The position numbers and the translations under genes are program-made. The notes under the pieces are model-generated. The model made no database searches. It saw only the letters and a program-made list of their open reading frames with translations, and was not told where the DNA came from. From a virus (taxonomy: Duplodnaviria; Caudoviricetes), in the IMG/VR virus record IMGVR_UViG_3300020045_012262, positions 1 through 52,239 of that record: a stretch of 52,239 nt of DNA. One strand, 5' to 3'. Shown in pieces: positions 6,670 through 17,300 of this stretch; the first letter of the stretch is position 1; every line of letters begins with the position of its first letter.

Positions 6670-8127
6670 ATGGAAATATCACGTCTTTTACTTCTTAAAC
6701 AATTACTAGCTGACAAAAAGTGTTTTGATCTCAGGAAGTCGCTTTGTGAAATAAATGAAGAAAGAAACAAAAACTACAATTTACTTTACACGGCTATCAA
6801 TGACCAACAGTATGATGAAGATGGAAAATTGATTACCGGTTTCCGTGGGGCCATTTTGGAAGGTTCTTCTCGTTCCGGTAAAACATGGGCATCGATTTAT
6901 ATAATTATTTGGATTTGCCTTTATAAAGAAACCAATTGTACAATAAATATTTTAAAAGAAACCTACAACGAATTCAAAACTACTCTTTACAATGATTTCA
7001 AAAAGATTTTACCTCTTTTCAATCTACCTAATCCATTTGAAAAAGCTGAAGAAATAAAAGGTTTTAAAATCGGTAAAAACAAAATAAACTTTTTAGGGGC
7101 CGATAAGCCATCAAAATTTCACGGTGCGCAATGCGAATACTTGTACGTGAATGAAATGTTGCCGGTAAAACAATCGGTCTTTAATCAGGCTAAAATGAGG
7201 TGTACTAAATTTTGGTGGGGTGATTATAATCCATCGGTAACAGTCCATTACATTTACGATAGTGTGATCACTCGTGATGATGTTACTTTCTTACGAACAA
7301 CATTGCTTGATAATCCAGAAATATCATTTGCTGAAAAGAATGAAATACTTTCTTATGAACCTTGGAAACCTGGAAGTTATATTGTAAAAGATAATTCGTT
7401 ACTTTGCTATAATAAAAAAACTGGTAAAGTCGAGCCAATAAGCTCAACAAATCAGCCACCCCCACATTTAGAAAATATACGACAAGGGACCGCTGATGAA
7501 TTCATGTGGAAAGTTTACGGACTAGGTTTACGTGGAGCAATGAAAGGCGTTATTTTTGAACATGTTGATTATATTGATGAATTTCCAGATTTGGCATACT
7601 CATACGGTTTGGATTTTGGATTTACAACGGATCCAACGGCCTTAACAAAATGTGCTGAAGATGAGCATAATATTTGGATTGAATTATTATGTTATGAACC
7701 AATTGAAACACCTGGAGCTATAAACAACTTCTTTGAATCGTTGGGAATTGAAAAAGATATTCCAATAACTGCTGATAGTTCTGACAAGTTCACAAGCAAT
7801 AACAACGGAACTGTTGAAATGGTTCGGGATTTGCGTACTTTTGGATGGACAATTAAAAAAGTAAGCAAAACTAAATCTGTTATGCATTGGCTTTTGTCAA
7901 TGAAAACCAAAAGAATTCATATTGTAAAGAATCATTTGCATAAAAAGGCAGAGATTGAACAGCAAATGTATAAAATGCGTGAAATAGGCGGTATTGCAAT
8001 AAATCAGCCATTGGATAAACACAATCACATGTGGGATTCTGCTCGTTATCGTCATATGAGTTTCCATACTGTTGAAATAAATGAAAAAATGACTCAAACC
8101 CCACAAGAAATGGGATTAAATTACTAA
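6670..8127 (+). CDS. terL: Terminase large subunit (PBSX/SPP1-like)
   Basis: Walker A GSSRSGKT, DYNP motif, nuclease motifs GLDFGFTTDPTA and NHMWDSARY. Confidence 0.95.
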   Translation: MEISRLLLLKQLLADKKCFDLRKSLCEINEERNKNYNLLYTAINDQQYDEDGKLITGFRGAILEGSSRSGKTWASIYIIIWICLYKETNCTINILKETYNEFKTTLYNDFKKILPLFNLPNPFEKAEEIKGFKIGKNKINFLGADKPSKFHGAQCEYLYVNEMLPVKQSVFNQAKMRCTKFWWGDYNPSVTVHYIYDSVITRDDVTFLRTTLLDNPEISFAEKNEILSYEPWKPGSYIVKDNSLLCYNKKTGKVEPISSTNQPPPHLENIRQGTADEFMWKVYGLGLRGAMKGVIFEHVDYIDEFPDLAYSYGLDFGFTTDPTALTKCAEDEHNIWIELLCYEPIETPGAINNFFESLGIEKDIPITADSSDKFTSNNNGTVEMVRDLRTFGWTIKKVSKTKSVMHWLLSMKTKRIHIVKNHLHKKAEIEQQMYKMREIGGIAINQPLDKHNHMWDSARYRHMSFHTVEINEKMTQTPQEMGLNY

Positions 8128-8144
8128 CAATAATATTTAATACG

Positions 8145-9581
8145 ATGGAAGAAGAATTAACGATTGAACAAATTGTAAAAGGTTTGGATCTAAAAAAGGC
8201 AATAGATCAGTTGACATCCCAAACTAAAGATCATTCAAAAATTTTAAATTACGTTAAGGAATATAAAAATTTGGATCGTACAATTAGAGATACTCAAGTT
8301 GGAAATGTTCAAAAAGATAAGATCATTGGGAAAGGCGAAAAGCAAAGAACAGTTAAATCGATTCGTTCACCTGTTAATTATGCAAAAAAGATTGTTACAA
8401 CATCATGTGCCTTTGAAGTCGGTGAACCTATTACATTGACGCCAAGCGATGAAAACAATCCTTTATTTTTGGAAGTAAAAAGACTTTGGAAATCAAACCG
8501 TATTGATGATAAGTTTCAAAAACTTAAAATAACCCAAAAAGTTCAAACTGAAACGGCAATTCACTTTTTTGTAAAAGAAAATTCAACAACTGCAAAAGTA
8601 ACTCAAACAGCGGGAGCAAATGCAGTACGAGATATAAGATCAAATGTATTGACTGTTGAACAGGGAATAATGTCGCCTTATTTTGATGCTACATATGATT
8701 TGGCCGCTTTTACTTGGCAATTTGTAACAAAAAATGCATCAGGAAAAGATGTAAATAATACTTGGGTTTTCGATACTACCAAAGTTTACAAAATAAGTGA
8801 TGAATCAGGATCTTTACAAATAAATAGCGAACTGCCTCATGGTTTTGATAGGATTCCAATTGTTTACATGGAACAGGAATTTCCAGAATGGTTTGATGTG
8901 GAAGGATTGATTGATCGTTATGAAGTTGCTTTATCTAAATTGGGGGTTTCAAATGATTATTCAGGACATCCAATATTATTAACTTATGGTGATCTTAATA
9001 TATTGCCAGAAGCAAATGATGATGGAAAAACAATCAACTTTCCAATTAAATTCAAAGATGATGATGTTACTAAGCCTTATAATGGTGATGCAAAATTCTT
9101 GACAAATGATAATGCTCCGGAAGCCGTTAAATTAGAAATGGAAACGATTAGGGAGCTCATATTTTCAATGACCCAAACACCTGATATATCATTTGAAAAA
9201 ATGAAAAGTATCGGTGCTATTTCCGGAGTTGCTTTACGATTGATGTTCTTGGATCCACTCATTAAAGCCAAAATGAATGAAGGTCAAAACAGAACCATTG
9301 CTGAAAGAATGATTAATATTATGATTTCTGGTATTACAGGAGTTACTGACGTTAATTCTAAATCAGCCACAACAGATTTGGTTATTGATGTGAAATTCAA
9401 TTCTATATTGCCAGTTGATATGGTTGAAAATAGTACTGTTGTCGCAAATGGAGCTTCATCAAATTCAATGAGTACATCAACCCGCGTTAAATTATTGGAT
9501 TTGGTTACTGATGTAGAATCTGAGGTTGCAGCAATTGAAAAAGAAAAAAAATCTTCCGAAGTTGTTCCTACGGTAGCATAA
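8145..9581 (+). CDS. Portal protein, SPP1 gp6-like
   Basis: VNYAKKIV, HGFDRIPIV, LIDRYE, TPDISF...SGVALR motifs; follows TerL. Confidence 0.93.
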   Translation: MEEELTIEQIVKGLDLKKAIDQLTSQTKDHSKILNYVKEYKNLDRTIRDTQVGNVQKDKIIGKGEKQRTVKSIRSPVNYAKKIVTTSCAFEVGEPITLTPSDENNPLFLEVKRLWKSNRIDDKFQKLKITQKVQTETAIHFFVKENSTTAKVTQTAGANAVRDIRSNVLTVEQGIMSPYFDATYDLAAFTWQFVTKNASGKDVNNTWVFDTTKVYKISDESGSLQINSELPHGFDRIPIVYMEQEFPEWFDVEGLIDRYEVALSKLGVSNDYSGHPILLTYGDLNILPEANDDGKTINFPIKFKDDDVTKPYNGDAKFLTNDNAPEAVKLEMETIRELIFSMTQTPDISFEKMKSIGAISGVALRLMFLDPLIKAKMNEGQNRTIAERMINIMISGITGVTDVNSKSATTDLVIDVKFNSILPVDMVENSTVVANGASSNSMSTSTRVKLLDLVTDVESEVAAIEKEKKSSEVVPTVA

Positions 9582-9598
9582 ATAAAATAATCTATTTT

Positions 9599-9625
9599 AA
9601 AAACCTCGAATAATTTCGGGGTTTT
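9599..9625 (+). terminator. Terminator hairpin after the portal gene
   Basis: aaaacctcgaa...ttcggggtttt. Confidence 0.65.
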
Positions 9626-9679
9626 ATTATTTAGAAACATTTTAAATTGATGGTGAAACAAAAATAAATGTAATTTGTA

Positions 9680-9700
9680 AATGTATGTTTTGTACATTTG
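9680..9700 (+). promoter_or_regulatory. Promoter GTATGTTTTG-TACATTTG
   Basis: TAnnTTTG box with an upstream motif shared with 49727-49749 and 51294-51316. Confidence 0.65.
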
Positions 9701-9959
9701 AATATCAAAATTAATCATTTAAAAAAGCAATCATGAAAAAACAAATAATTTACCAAACAGAAGACAACAATATTTTATTTAAAGAATATGCTCATGTTTT
9801 TTAATTACCAAGGAAAGATGAAAATATTATTTATTTAAAACAATATTGGAAAGTTGTTTCAATTTGGCACAATTTTGACGAAAATCATATTGAAGTAACA
9901 GTAGAAAAATTTAAACAATAAAACAAAGGCGGGTGAAAATCCCGCTTTAAAAAAAGATT

Positions 9960-10175
9960 ATGAAAAATATATGTATAATATTCGTATTGTTGTTAATTGG
10001 ATGCAAAACACATATAACAACAAAATATGTTTTGAAAACTAACAAAGGTAATTTTTACTTGGATTATGTTAAATATGCAAATGATTCTGTTTATGTTGTA
10101 GAATTTAACCGAGAAGGTAAAATAAGACGCAACGGAGTTTTCAAAGAAAGTGAAACAGTTTTAATTGAGAAATAA
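9960..10175 (+). CDS. Small lipoprotein
   Basis: MKN, hydrophobic stretch, then LIGC lipobox. Confidence 0.6.
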   Translation: MKNICIIFVLLLIGCKTHITTKYVLKTNKGNFYLDYVKYANDSVYVVEFNREGKIRRNGVFKESETVLIEK

Positions 10176-10267
10176 TGAAAACAGAAAGTAAATTTGACAG
10201 GATTATAACTATTATTTCAAAATGGTTATTTGGAAATGAGACAAATATTTTTAGATATTAAATATTA

Positions 10268-10507
10268 ATGAACTCAGAAGAAATGTGTGAATATTTAAAA
10301 TGTTCTATTTCCCAATTACGTGAAAGACAAAAAGATTTAGGTATTCAAGTAAATGGATGTGGAGCAATTAAAAAGTATTCTAAATTAGAGCAAGCACGAT
10401 TAAAATTAGGTGTAGAATTTAAAAATTATGTTTTTGTTCAAGATCAAGAAAGATTTTGGATTTGGTATGCAATGAGTGATAATAACGAAATAAAAATTGA
10501 ATTATGA
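10268..10507 (+). CDS. Small HTH-like protein
   Basis: SEEMCEYLKCSISQLRE resembles an excisionase-type HTH. Confidence 0.45.
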   Translation: MNSEEMCEYLKCSISQLRERQKDLGIQVNGCGAIKKYSKLEQARLKLGVEFKNYVFVQDQERFWIWYAMSDNNEIKIEL

Positions 10508-10944
10508 AAAAATTAATATCAAATACATCGTTTGGTTTTTATTTAAGAGGACTTGATTTAAATGACCATAAATACACAGAATTAAGAGATAATTTCGATA
10601 TGTTTTTATCACAAAAATTAGAAATTTGGATGTTTGTCCCGTGTAAATCAGTTGATGGTATTTGGGTTATTTTGGAAGAAATTAATGAAGAGTACCCAAA
10701 TAATATTGAGTATTTCGAGGAAATAAAAGAATACCAAGAAGCAAAAGAGCGCTGTTTGTTTGAGGGGTTTGAAGTTGTTAGCAATACTAATTTTGTTACA
10801 ATATGGCAACTTAATGGTAAATATCTAAATTGGGATAAAAAAGACAATCATTTTACATTTTTTTCTGGATTTAATATTGAGAAATTAATGCAGGATTTTG
10901 ATTTAAAACTAACCGCTACGGCACAAAAACAAATAGGACTATGA
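10504..10944 (+). CDS. Hypothetical protein
   Basis: 146-aa ORF, translationally coupled to the upstream gene. Confidence 0.7.
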   Translation: MKKLISNTSFGFYLRGLDLNDHKYTELRDNFDMFLSQKLEIWMFVPCKSVDGIWVILEEINEEYPNNIEYFEEIKEYQEAKERCLFEGFEVVSNTNFVTIWQLNGKYLNWDKKDNHFTFFSGFNIEKLMQDFDLKLTATAQKQIGL

Positions 10945-11038
10945 CAACAACTGAAAAAATAATCTTAGCGATTACAATAATATCTTTTGCAATCGCTGTA
11001 ATTTTAGCTTATAACGGACTTTATAAAAAAAAATAATC

Positions 11039-11314
11039 ATGAGTAAAGAAGAAAAAAATATTTACAACGTATTTGTTAAAATGCAATCACAAGAACAATG
11101 CGACAGAATGAAACAATTATGTATTGATAATAAAATTCCATTTTGGAGAAATTTTAAAGGTTTCGAACTAGAAAAAACAATTGATAATAGACAATTATTA
11201 TTTTCGTTTTCTGATCCTTACCAAGAGTTTTTTGTTTATTATCAAAGCGGATTAAAATACGACTCTCCAAAGACAGAAGTTACAGAGGAAGAATTTATAA
11301 ATCTTTTAAAATAG
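11039..11314 (+). CDS. Hypothetical protein
   Basis: ORF only. Confidence 0.65.
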   Translation: MSKEEKNIYNVFVKMQSQEQCDRMKQLCIDNKIPFWRNFKGFELEKTIDNRQLLFSFSDPYQEFFVYYQSGLKYDSPKTEVTEEEFINLLK

Positions 11315-11418
11315 TAATTAACCATGACAGTATCACAAAAAATTATAATTGTAGTATGCTTATTTGTTATAACATATGCAAGTATCCAACTAGTAATTGA
11401 AATTTATAACTTTGGAAT

Positions 11419-11634
11419 ATGAAAATAATAGCCGTAATAACACCAAGTGATCGTGATTTCAGAATGCATGTTTTACAACAAAACGTAACTGAAAAAGATA
11501 CTGAATTCATTCATATTCGAAATTTAAATTCTGCTTATGAAATAAAAGTGAATGATTATGTTTCAATTACCAATAGTGTAAAAATGCCAAATCATACTGA
11601 AATAATAAAAACTATTCAAAACCGTCTTGTATAA
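11419..11634 (+). CDS. Hypothetical protein
   Basis: ORF only. Confidence 0.55.
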   Translation: MKIIAVITPSDRDFRMHVLQQNVTEKDTEFIHIRNLNSAYEIKVNDYVSITNSVKMPNHTEIIKTIQNRLV

Positions 11635-11930
11635 TGGAAAAGGAAACAGAATTAAAAGCAAAACAAATTACAATTCAATCATTAGTTGATTTTATGGGTA
11701 ATGAAATTGTAAAACGCCAATTGACTGATACAGCAGTAAAAGCAATAGGAGAAGTTGAAATAAATAAATGCATGTACCAAATTCAGTTAATTTTAGAATC
11801 TGATAAAGATAAATGGATTGAAGGAATAGGGGTAAAAGGAATATTTAAAGCAAAAAATAAACTATCATGTTTGAAGAAAAAAATTATAAGTCTGTTTACA
11901 TCCACAACGGATGCAGAACCTCAAAAGTAA
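11634..11930 (+). CDS. Hypothetical protein
   Basis: TAATG coupling with the upstream gene. Confidence 0.55.
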   Translation: MEKETELKAKQITIQSLVDFMGNEIVKRQLTDTAVKAIGEVEINKCMYQIQLILESDKDKWIEGIGVKGIFKAKNKLSCLKKKIISLFTSTTDAEPQK

Positions 11931-12199
11931 AGCCTGTTAGATTTCTTCCTAAGATATCATTATTTAGGTCCATTGTGAAAATAGTTTCTCAAAAAATAAT
12001 TTATTTGATTGATGTAAATATGTCAATGAAAGATGGAGAAACCCAGAAAACTGCTTTGTATGGTAAATGGTATTTAGAAACTTCAGAACATGCATTTGCA
12101 AATTTTTACATTGTTCTAAACAATATTAGGATTAATGTCAACACTCAACTTTTGAATTTATTTATTAAATTAGCCAAAAAATTAAATGTCTATGATTAG
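11867..12199 (+). CDS. Hypothetical protein
   Basis: ORF overlapping the previous gene. Confidence 0.45.
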   Translation: MFEEKNYKSVYIHNGCRTSKVKPVRFLPKISLFRSIVKIVSQKIIYLIDVNMSMKDGETQKTALYGKWYLETSEHAFANFYIVLNNIRINVNTQLLNLFIKLAKKLNVYD

Positions 12200-12309
12200 T
12201 TCAAGTAAAGGTTATGCGCAACATTGCGGTAAATTAGCCAAAGAAATTAGAAATACTAGCAAAAGGAACAAAGAGTTTAAATCTAAACAGGAACCTAAAA
12301 AAGATCAAG

Positions 12310-12507
12310 ATGAGTCCTAACATTTTATGTAATATCGCTTTAAAACCATTAGCGCTTACAAATTGTCCATCACATGAAAATTTTCAAACAAAAAAAGTAA
12401 AAGGAGAAAGTAATTTTGAGCCTAATCCCGAAAACAGAGAATACAAAAGAAAATTTTTGGGAGTTAAAAAAAGATATTCAAGAGCTCCAAATAATAAAAA
12501 ACATTAA
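12310..12507 (+). CDS. Hypothetical basic protein
   Basis: ORF only. Confidence 0.45.
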   Translation: MSPNILCNIALKPLALTNCPSHENFQTKKVKGESNFEPNPENREYKRKFLGVKKRYSRAPNNKKH

Positions 12508-12747
12508 TGGCAAAATCCGTTCATAAAACAGTCATAGCAGAATTTCTTAATCCTGATACCAAATTACGTATAGTAAGAATCAAAGGCAATGAAGAAGTTG
12601 AAAAGATTATGACTGTTGCCGAATGGAGGGAATTCAAAAAACAAACGGGTTATATTTATTGTGCTTATCAAATAATTTAATATATTTGTTATTCAGTTAC
12701 TAACTATCAGCCGAAATGGCACTATATAGATTGAGCAATGCTCACGT

Positions 12748-12777
12748 AAAACCACCTAATTAATAGGTGGTTTTTTT
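12748..12777 (+). terminator. Rho-independent terminator
   Basis: aaaaccaccta...taggtggtttttttt. Confidence 0.8.
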
Positions 12778-12872
12778 ATGCCCATATGCAAAATGTTATT
12801 TAGAATCAATCTAATTAAGAAAAAAAAATTACATTTGTAATCTAAACGTTCAACAATTTAAATAAAAAAATT

Positions 12873-13526
12873 ATGGCAGTACCTAAAGAAAGGGTAATAA
12901 TTAGACTTAAAGCGTATGCTAACAAGGCTAATTTATCAAACACAAGGATAGACGCATTCGCGGATAAACTTTGTTTACTACCCGCAGATGACGCAGATGA
13001 TGCGGCAATTGATGCAGTAATTACAAATGCAGATGCAATATTTTCTTTTAAAGAAATTGCAGCACAAGATGACAAAATGGTTAGTTTGGAGACTAAATTA
13101 AAAACGCCTCCACCAACACCACCGCCTACTGATCCACCTACACCGCCAACGCCACCAACTCCAGGAAATGAAATACCTGCATGGGCGCAAGCTTTAATTG
13201 ATGGAAACAAAAAACTAGAGGAAAAATTATCTGTTATTGAAACAGGTAAGGTTATTGAAAGTAAAAAGTCATTGGCAGCACAAGTATTTGAAAAATCTGA
13301 AGTTCTTAAAGTATTAAAGCCTGAGATTAAACAAAGTTGGTTAAATAGGCTTAATGTAGATTCTGAAGTTCCAATTGAGGAACAAATAACAGGTTTAGAA
13401 ACTGAATATAAAACTATGGCACAGGCATTTGCTGATTCGTCAAGTTTTTCAGGTCCTGCGCCTTTAGGAAATCCAGACATCAAACCTGACCAAAAATTGA
13501 TTGATTCGGTTTATGATTCAATGTAA
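12873..13526 (+). CDS. Head scaffolding protein (probable)
   Basis: Pro-rich linker, PAWAQALI motif, coiled coil; upstream of the capsid genes. Confidence 0.75.
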   Translation: MAVPKERVIIRLKAYANKANLSNTRIDAFADKLCLLPADDADDAAIDAVITNADAIFSFKEIAAQDDKMVSLETKLKTPPPTPPPTDPPTPPTPPTPGNEIPAWAQALIDGNKKLEEKLSVIETGKVIESKKSLAAQVFEKSEVLKVLKPEIKQSWLNRLNVDSEVPIEEQITGLETEYKTMAQAFADSSSFSGPAPLGNPDIKPDQKLIDSVYDSM

Positions 13527-13554
13527 AAATTACTAATTTTTAAAAACAGAAAAG

Positions 13555-13950
13555 ATGCCAACAGCAGATTTAAACAACACTCCTGTTCAAATTGACACTA
13601 CTTTCGATTCTATCATTATCAAGAAAAACTTGATTGATATTCCAGGAGGTAAGACTTTAGATGTTACAGGCGTTACAGATGAAGTCCTAAAAGCAGGACG
13701 AGTTATAATTGAGGTTACGGCTACGGGGGTTTTAAAACCTTTGAAAATTGCTTCGGGTGCTTATGAATCACTTCCTGCAAATCATACTTATAAAGGAATT
13801 TTGATTGCCACTATTCTTTTGAAAAGACCTTTTGCGGCTGTTTTATTAGCGGGTGACGTTAATAAACAAGCAGTAATAGAATATGGTTTACCTGCAATTC
13901 CTGCCGGTGCAATTACCGCATTACCTCAAATTTTATTCACTAAGGACTAA
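13555..13950 (+). CDS. Head decoration protein (probable)
   Basis: 131-aa beta-rich ORF between scaffold and major capsid; LKAG and LP.I.F motifs. Confidence 0.65.
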   Translation: MPTADLNNTPVQIDTTFDSIIIKKNLIDIPGGKTLDVTGVTDEVLKAGRVIIEVTATGVLKPLKIASGAYESLPANHTYKGILIATILLKRPFAAVLLAGDVNKQAVIEYGLPAIPAGAITALPQILFTKD

Positions 13951-13977
13951 TTAATCCTTTAAAAAACTAAAAGAAAA

Positions 13978-15261
13978 ATGGAAAAATCATTATTTCCTGC
14001 TTGGGTTGATAAGTTCTTTAAGTCCTTTGCCCTTAAAGCTTCAGAAACGGTTAATGGTACTAAAACACCTTTAACATATATGCATAAAACCATGCTTAGA
14101 AAAACATTCTCAACTACGTTGAAATGGGGTTCTGTCTCAAGCAATGGTGCTATTGTAAGAGCCGATATTGTCGCTTTGGATTCTAGTCTTCCTTTAAAAA
14201 GAAGGGATTCAGTTCAAACTGCCAACGGTGATATCCCTAAATTGGGTATGAAAATGTATTTGAACGAAACAACAATGAGTGAACTTCGTAATTTACTTGC
14301 CATTGGCGGTAAAGAAGCTGAAGTTCTACGTAATTTGTTTTCTGACACAAAGAAATGCGTTTCCGGTGTTTATGAATCACTTGAATATATGTTTTTAGAA
14401 GCATTATCAACAGGTGTAACATTAATTACTGGTGATGATTCAACAGGAGTTGGTGTAAGGATTGATTTCGGTCATCCGGATGCTAATAAATTTGGTGTAG
14501 GTCTACCATGGACAAACACAAGCGCAACACCTATTGATGATATCAATCATGTTATTGCTGCTGCTAAATTAAAAGGGGATAAAATTTCATATTTATTCAT
14601 GGATATGAATACTTGGAATTTATTTAAAGCAAATACACAAGTTAAAAATGAATTTGCCTTTTCAATGGGATTTGTTGGAACAACAATTCCAAATGTTCCA
14701 AATGTAGATAGAGCAAATGAATTTTTACAATCTTCTTATGGGTTTTCAATTACAATTATTGATAGACAGATGTTAGTTGAGCAAAACGGTAAACGTGCTG
14801 TTACAACTCCATGGGCTGCAAACATTGTGTGTTTCTTGACAGATTTAAATGTTGGAACATTAACCTATGGAGCATTGGCAGAAGAATCATTTCCAGTAAA
14901 ACAAGTTGATTATCAAAAAGTAGATGATTTAATTTTGCTTTCTAAATATGGTACCAATGATCCTGTTCGTGAATTTACATCTTCACAAGCATTGGCTTTG
15001 CCGGTTCTTGATAATGTCGATTCTATTTACTTAATGGATATTACGGATTCAGTTCAAGATGTACAAACAGAAGGTGACGCTAATTTCTTGTATAAAACAG
15101 TAAGTTATACTAAAACATCAGTAATTGCAGGTTTAAATGCTGCAAGTCCTGGACAACCGTTAACAACCGCTTCAACTGACGCATCAATTATGAAAGCTAT
15201 AAACAAACTTTCAGATGAACAAGTATTGATTTTTGAAGCTCAATTAGTAGCGTCAGTATAA
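13978..15261 (+). CDS. Major capsid protein (lambda gpE-like fold)
   Basis: ADIVALDS.LP, IPKLG, E.M..EALSTG, IDFG, A.PIDDI and ALPV motifs; synteny. Confidence 0.85.
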   Translation: MEKSLFPAWVDKFFKSFALKASETVNGTKTPLTYMHKTMLRKTFSTTLKWGSVSSNGAIVRADIVALDSSLPLKRRDSVQTANGDIPKLGMKMYLNETTMSELRNLLAIGGKEAEVLRNLFSDTKKCVSGVYESLEYMFLEALSTGVTLITGDDSTGVGVRIDFGHPDANKFGVGLPWTNTSATPIDDINHVIAAAKLKGDKISYLFMDMNTWNLFKANTQVKNEFAFSMGFVGTTIPNVPNVDRANEFLQSSYGFSITIIDRQMLVEQNGKRAVTTPWAANIVCFLTDLNVGTLTYGALAEESFPVKQVDYQKVDDLILLSKYGTNDPVREFTSSQALALPVLDNVDSIYLMDITDSVQDVQTEGDANFLYKTVSYTKTSVIAGLNAASPGQPLTTASTDASIMKAINKLSDEQVLIFEAQLVASV

Positions 15262-15262
15262 T

Positions 15263-15844
15263 ATGTACAGTCCTGAAAGCATACAGTCGGCAGTTGATAG
15301 AATTGGTTTCGCAAACGCAATTAATTCTGATTTTGCAATAACGATATCTGGGGAGGTGATATTATCAAACTCAGGGCGTAATGTAAACTCATTCCATCAA
15401 TTGGCGACAGTTGAAAATCTATATTCGGCAGTTAGTCAACCTAACATGGCCGAATTAGATTTCAATAATTATTTGCAAGGGATAAAAAAACAGGCAGTTA
15501 TTGAGGTTTTAACCGAAGTCATTGATATGGATTCAAGATCTGAAACTGCAACAGATTATTCAGATATCATAATTACAAATCCTTATATTTTTGATAATGC
15601 AATTGGTTACACTATTGCTGTTAAATGCTTAGAATTAATGGTTTCATCAGTTAGAAAAAATCTAATTGAAAGAAACGCAAAACTAGCCGTTAATAATCTT
15701 AAAATGGAATTGGAAGGCGTGAAAACTGATGCGGGTATTACAGTTTCAAACGGAATAAAAAGAGAACGTTTCTATGCAATTAGAAAAGCAAAAGAAGTTA
15801 TTTTTCCGTTCTTAATTCCTATCGACGGAACAAAACAATGGTAA
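15263..15844 (+). CDS. Head-tail connector (probable)
   Basis: Position and size. Confidence 0.55.
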   Translation: MYSPESIQSAVDRIGFANAINSDFAITISGEVILSNSGRNVNSFHQLATVENLYSAVSQPNMAELDFNNYLQGIKKQAVIEVLTEVIDMDSRSETATDYSDIIITNPYIFDNAIGYTIAVKCLELMVSSVRKNLIERNAKLAVNNLKMELEGVKTDAGITVSNGIKRERFYAIRKAKEVIFPFLIPIDGTKQW

Positions 15845-15845
15845 T

Positions 15846-16406
15846 ATGAATTATACTATAGAAAAACCAGTTGGAATTGATAAAGATATTCAATATACAC
15901 AAGGTATTTTGTTTAATAACTTAAAATCTAAGTGGGCAACAATTGGTATTAATCCAGATTTAACATTTAATGTTTTCGGGAGGGTTAGAAAGAATCCAAT
16001 TCAGCCAACAGGTTTTTATCCGGAAGCTTATATTGGTGGTGGCGAATACCGAGATTTATATTTGGATGATACAGTAAATGCAACAATTTGCTTTATTGAA
16101 GAAGATCGTGATCATTCAACAGATGACTTCAATGAATATTATTTTGCAGAAGGTAAATTTGTAGTAATGATGAATCTAAAAAAATGTTATCCAAACATTA
16201 ATCATCGTGCAGATTCAGAAGCTCAGGCAGATGTAATTGCTCAGATTAAAAAAAATAAAATGTTTACCATTGATGGTGTTCAAAAAGAAATAAAAAACAT
16301 CTTTAAAGGTTTCAATACGGATAAAATCATTTTAGATGATATGCATCCATTTCATATTTTCGCGATAACTGGAACAATGAAATACAATGTTAAAATTAAT
16401 TGTTAA
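15846..16406 (+). CDS. Neck or tail-terminator protein (probable)
   Basis: Position upstream of the major tail gene. Confidence 0.5.
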   Translation: MNYTIEKPVGIDKDIQYTQGILFNNLKSKWATIGINPDLTFNVFGRVRKNPIQPTGFYPEAYIGGGEYRDLYLDDTVNATICFIEEDRDHSTDDFNEYYFAEGKFVVMMNLKKCYPNINHRADSEAQADVIAQIKKNKMFTIDGVQKEIKNIFKGFNTDKIILDDMHPFHIFAITGTMKYNVKINC

Positions 16407-16424
16407 TTAAAAAAAATAGGACTT

Positions 16425-17300
16425 ATGAGTATTTACGTAAAATGTAAAGGCAAAAATCAGGACAAGAAAAATACAGGGGCCAAAGACCAATGTATTGAAG
16501 GTCTTATGATTCGTACCGCTGTTGCTATTCCTGGATTCAAATTTGCAAGCAAAGAAGATGCTGAAGATTTGGACAAATGGAACGAAGCAATTGCCGCAAA
16601 AGAACTTTTTCCTCTTTATGATGCAGAAGAAGTTACAACGGCTAATACTGAACCAACATATTTTGAAGGTAGAAGCCGTCAATATTTGACTGCTGAAGGT
16701 AAAAAAATAACAACTTTCACGAGTATTTTAGGTTTGTGTTCTCACAATGCATTAAAATCTTTTGGAAATACTGAATTGAAACTTTTTGAATTTACTGAAG
16801 ATGGAGCCATTAAAGGCGTAAATACTACTGATGGTGGTGTTACAGGTCAGTCAGTAACTTTGACAATCGGAAAACGTTTGGACGCAACAGCAGACAGACC
16901 ACCATCCACATTGGTAACAATCAATTATTTGGATTCTGATGAATTTGAAGATGATGGTTACATTGGCCGTCCAACATGGAGAGCTTCAGATGTATTTGGT
17001 ATTTTCGATGCTACAATAAATCAAGTTTCTGCAAGTGCAACCGTTATTAAAGTAACTGTTGGTGTTGGATGTTCAGGAAGTGATGAATTAGTTGAAACAT
17101 TGGTTGCTGCTAATTTTGTTGTTAAGGCCGCTAATGGAACTACCTCAAGTGTTACGTTCACGGCTGCTGATGCAGATGGTGTTTATACGCTAACAGGTAC
17201 AGGTTTTGTAACTGGTCATACTGTCAGTTTGAATGGTGTTGTTACACAGGCAACAATGTCTTATGAAACTCCTGAACCATTATCTGTTATAGTTACGTAA
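16425..17300 (+). CDS. Major tail (tube) protein (probable)
   Basis: 291 aa with an Ig-like T/V/A-rich C-terminus; synteny. Confidence 0.7.
   Translation: MSIYVKCKGKNQDKKNTGAKDQCIEGLMIRTAVAIPGFKFASKEDAEDLDKWNEAIAAKELFPLYDAEEVTTANTEPTYFEGRSRQYLTAEGKKITTFTSILGLCSHNALKSFGNTELKLFEFTEDGAIKGVNTTDGGVTGQSVTLTIGKRLDATADRPPSTLVTINYLDSDEFEDDGYIGRPTWRASDVFGIFDATINQVSASATVIKVTVGVGCSGSDELVETLVAANFVVKAANGTTSSVTFTAADADGVYTLTGTGFVTGHTVSLNGVVTQATMSYETPEPLSVIVT

Noticed and set aside
13104-13165. CCA/CCG-rich repeats
   Set aside because: They encode the Pro/Thr linker of the scaffold protein; the antisense Gly-rich ORF 12842-13483 is its shadow.
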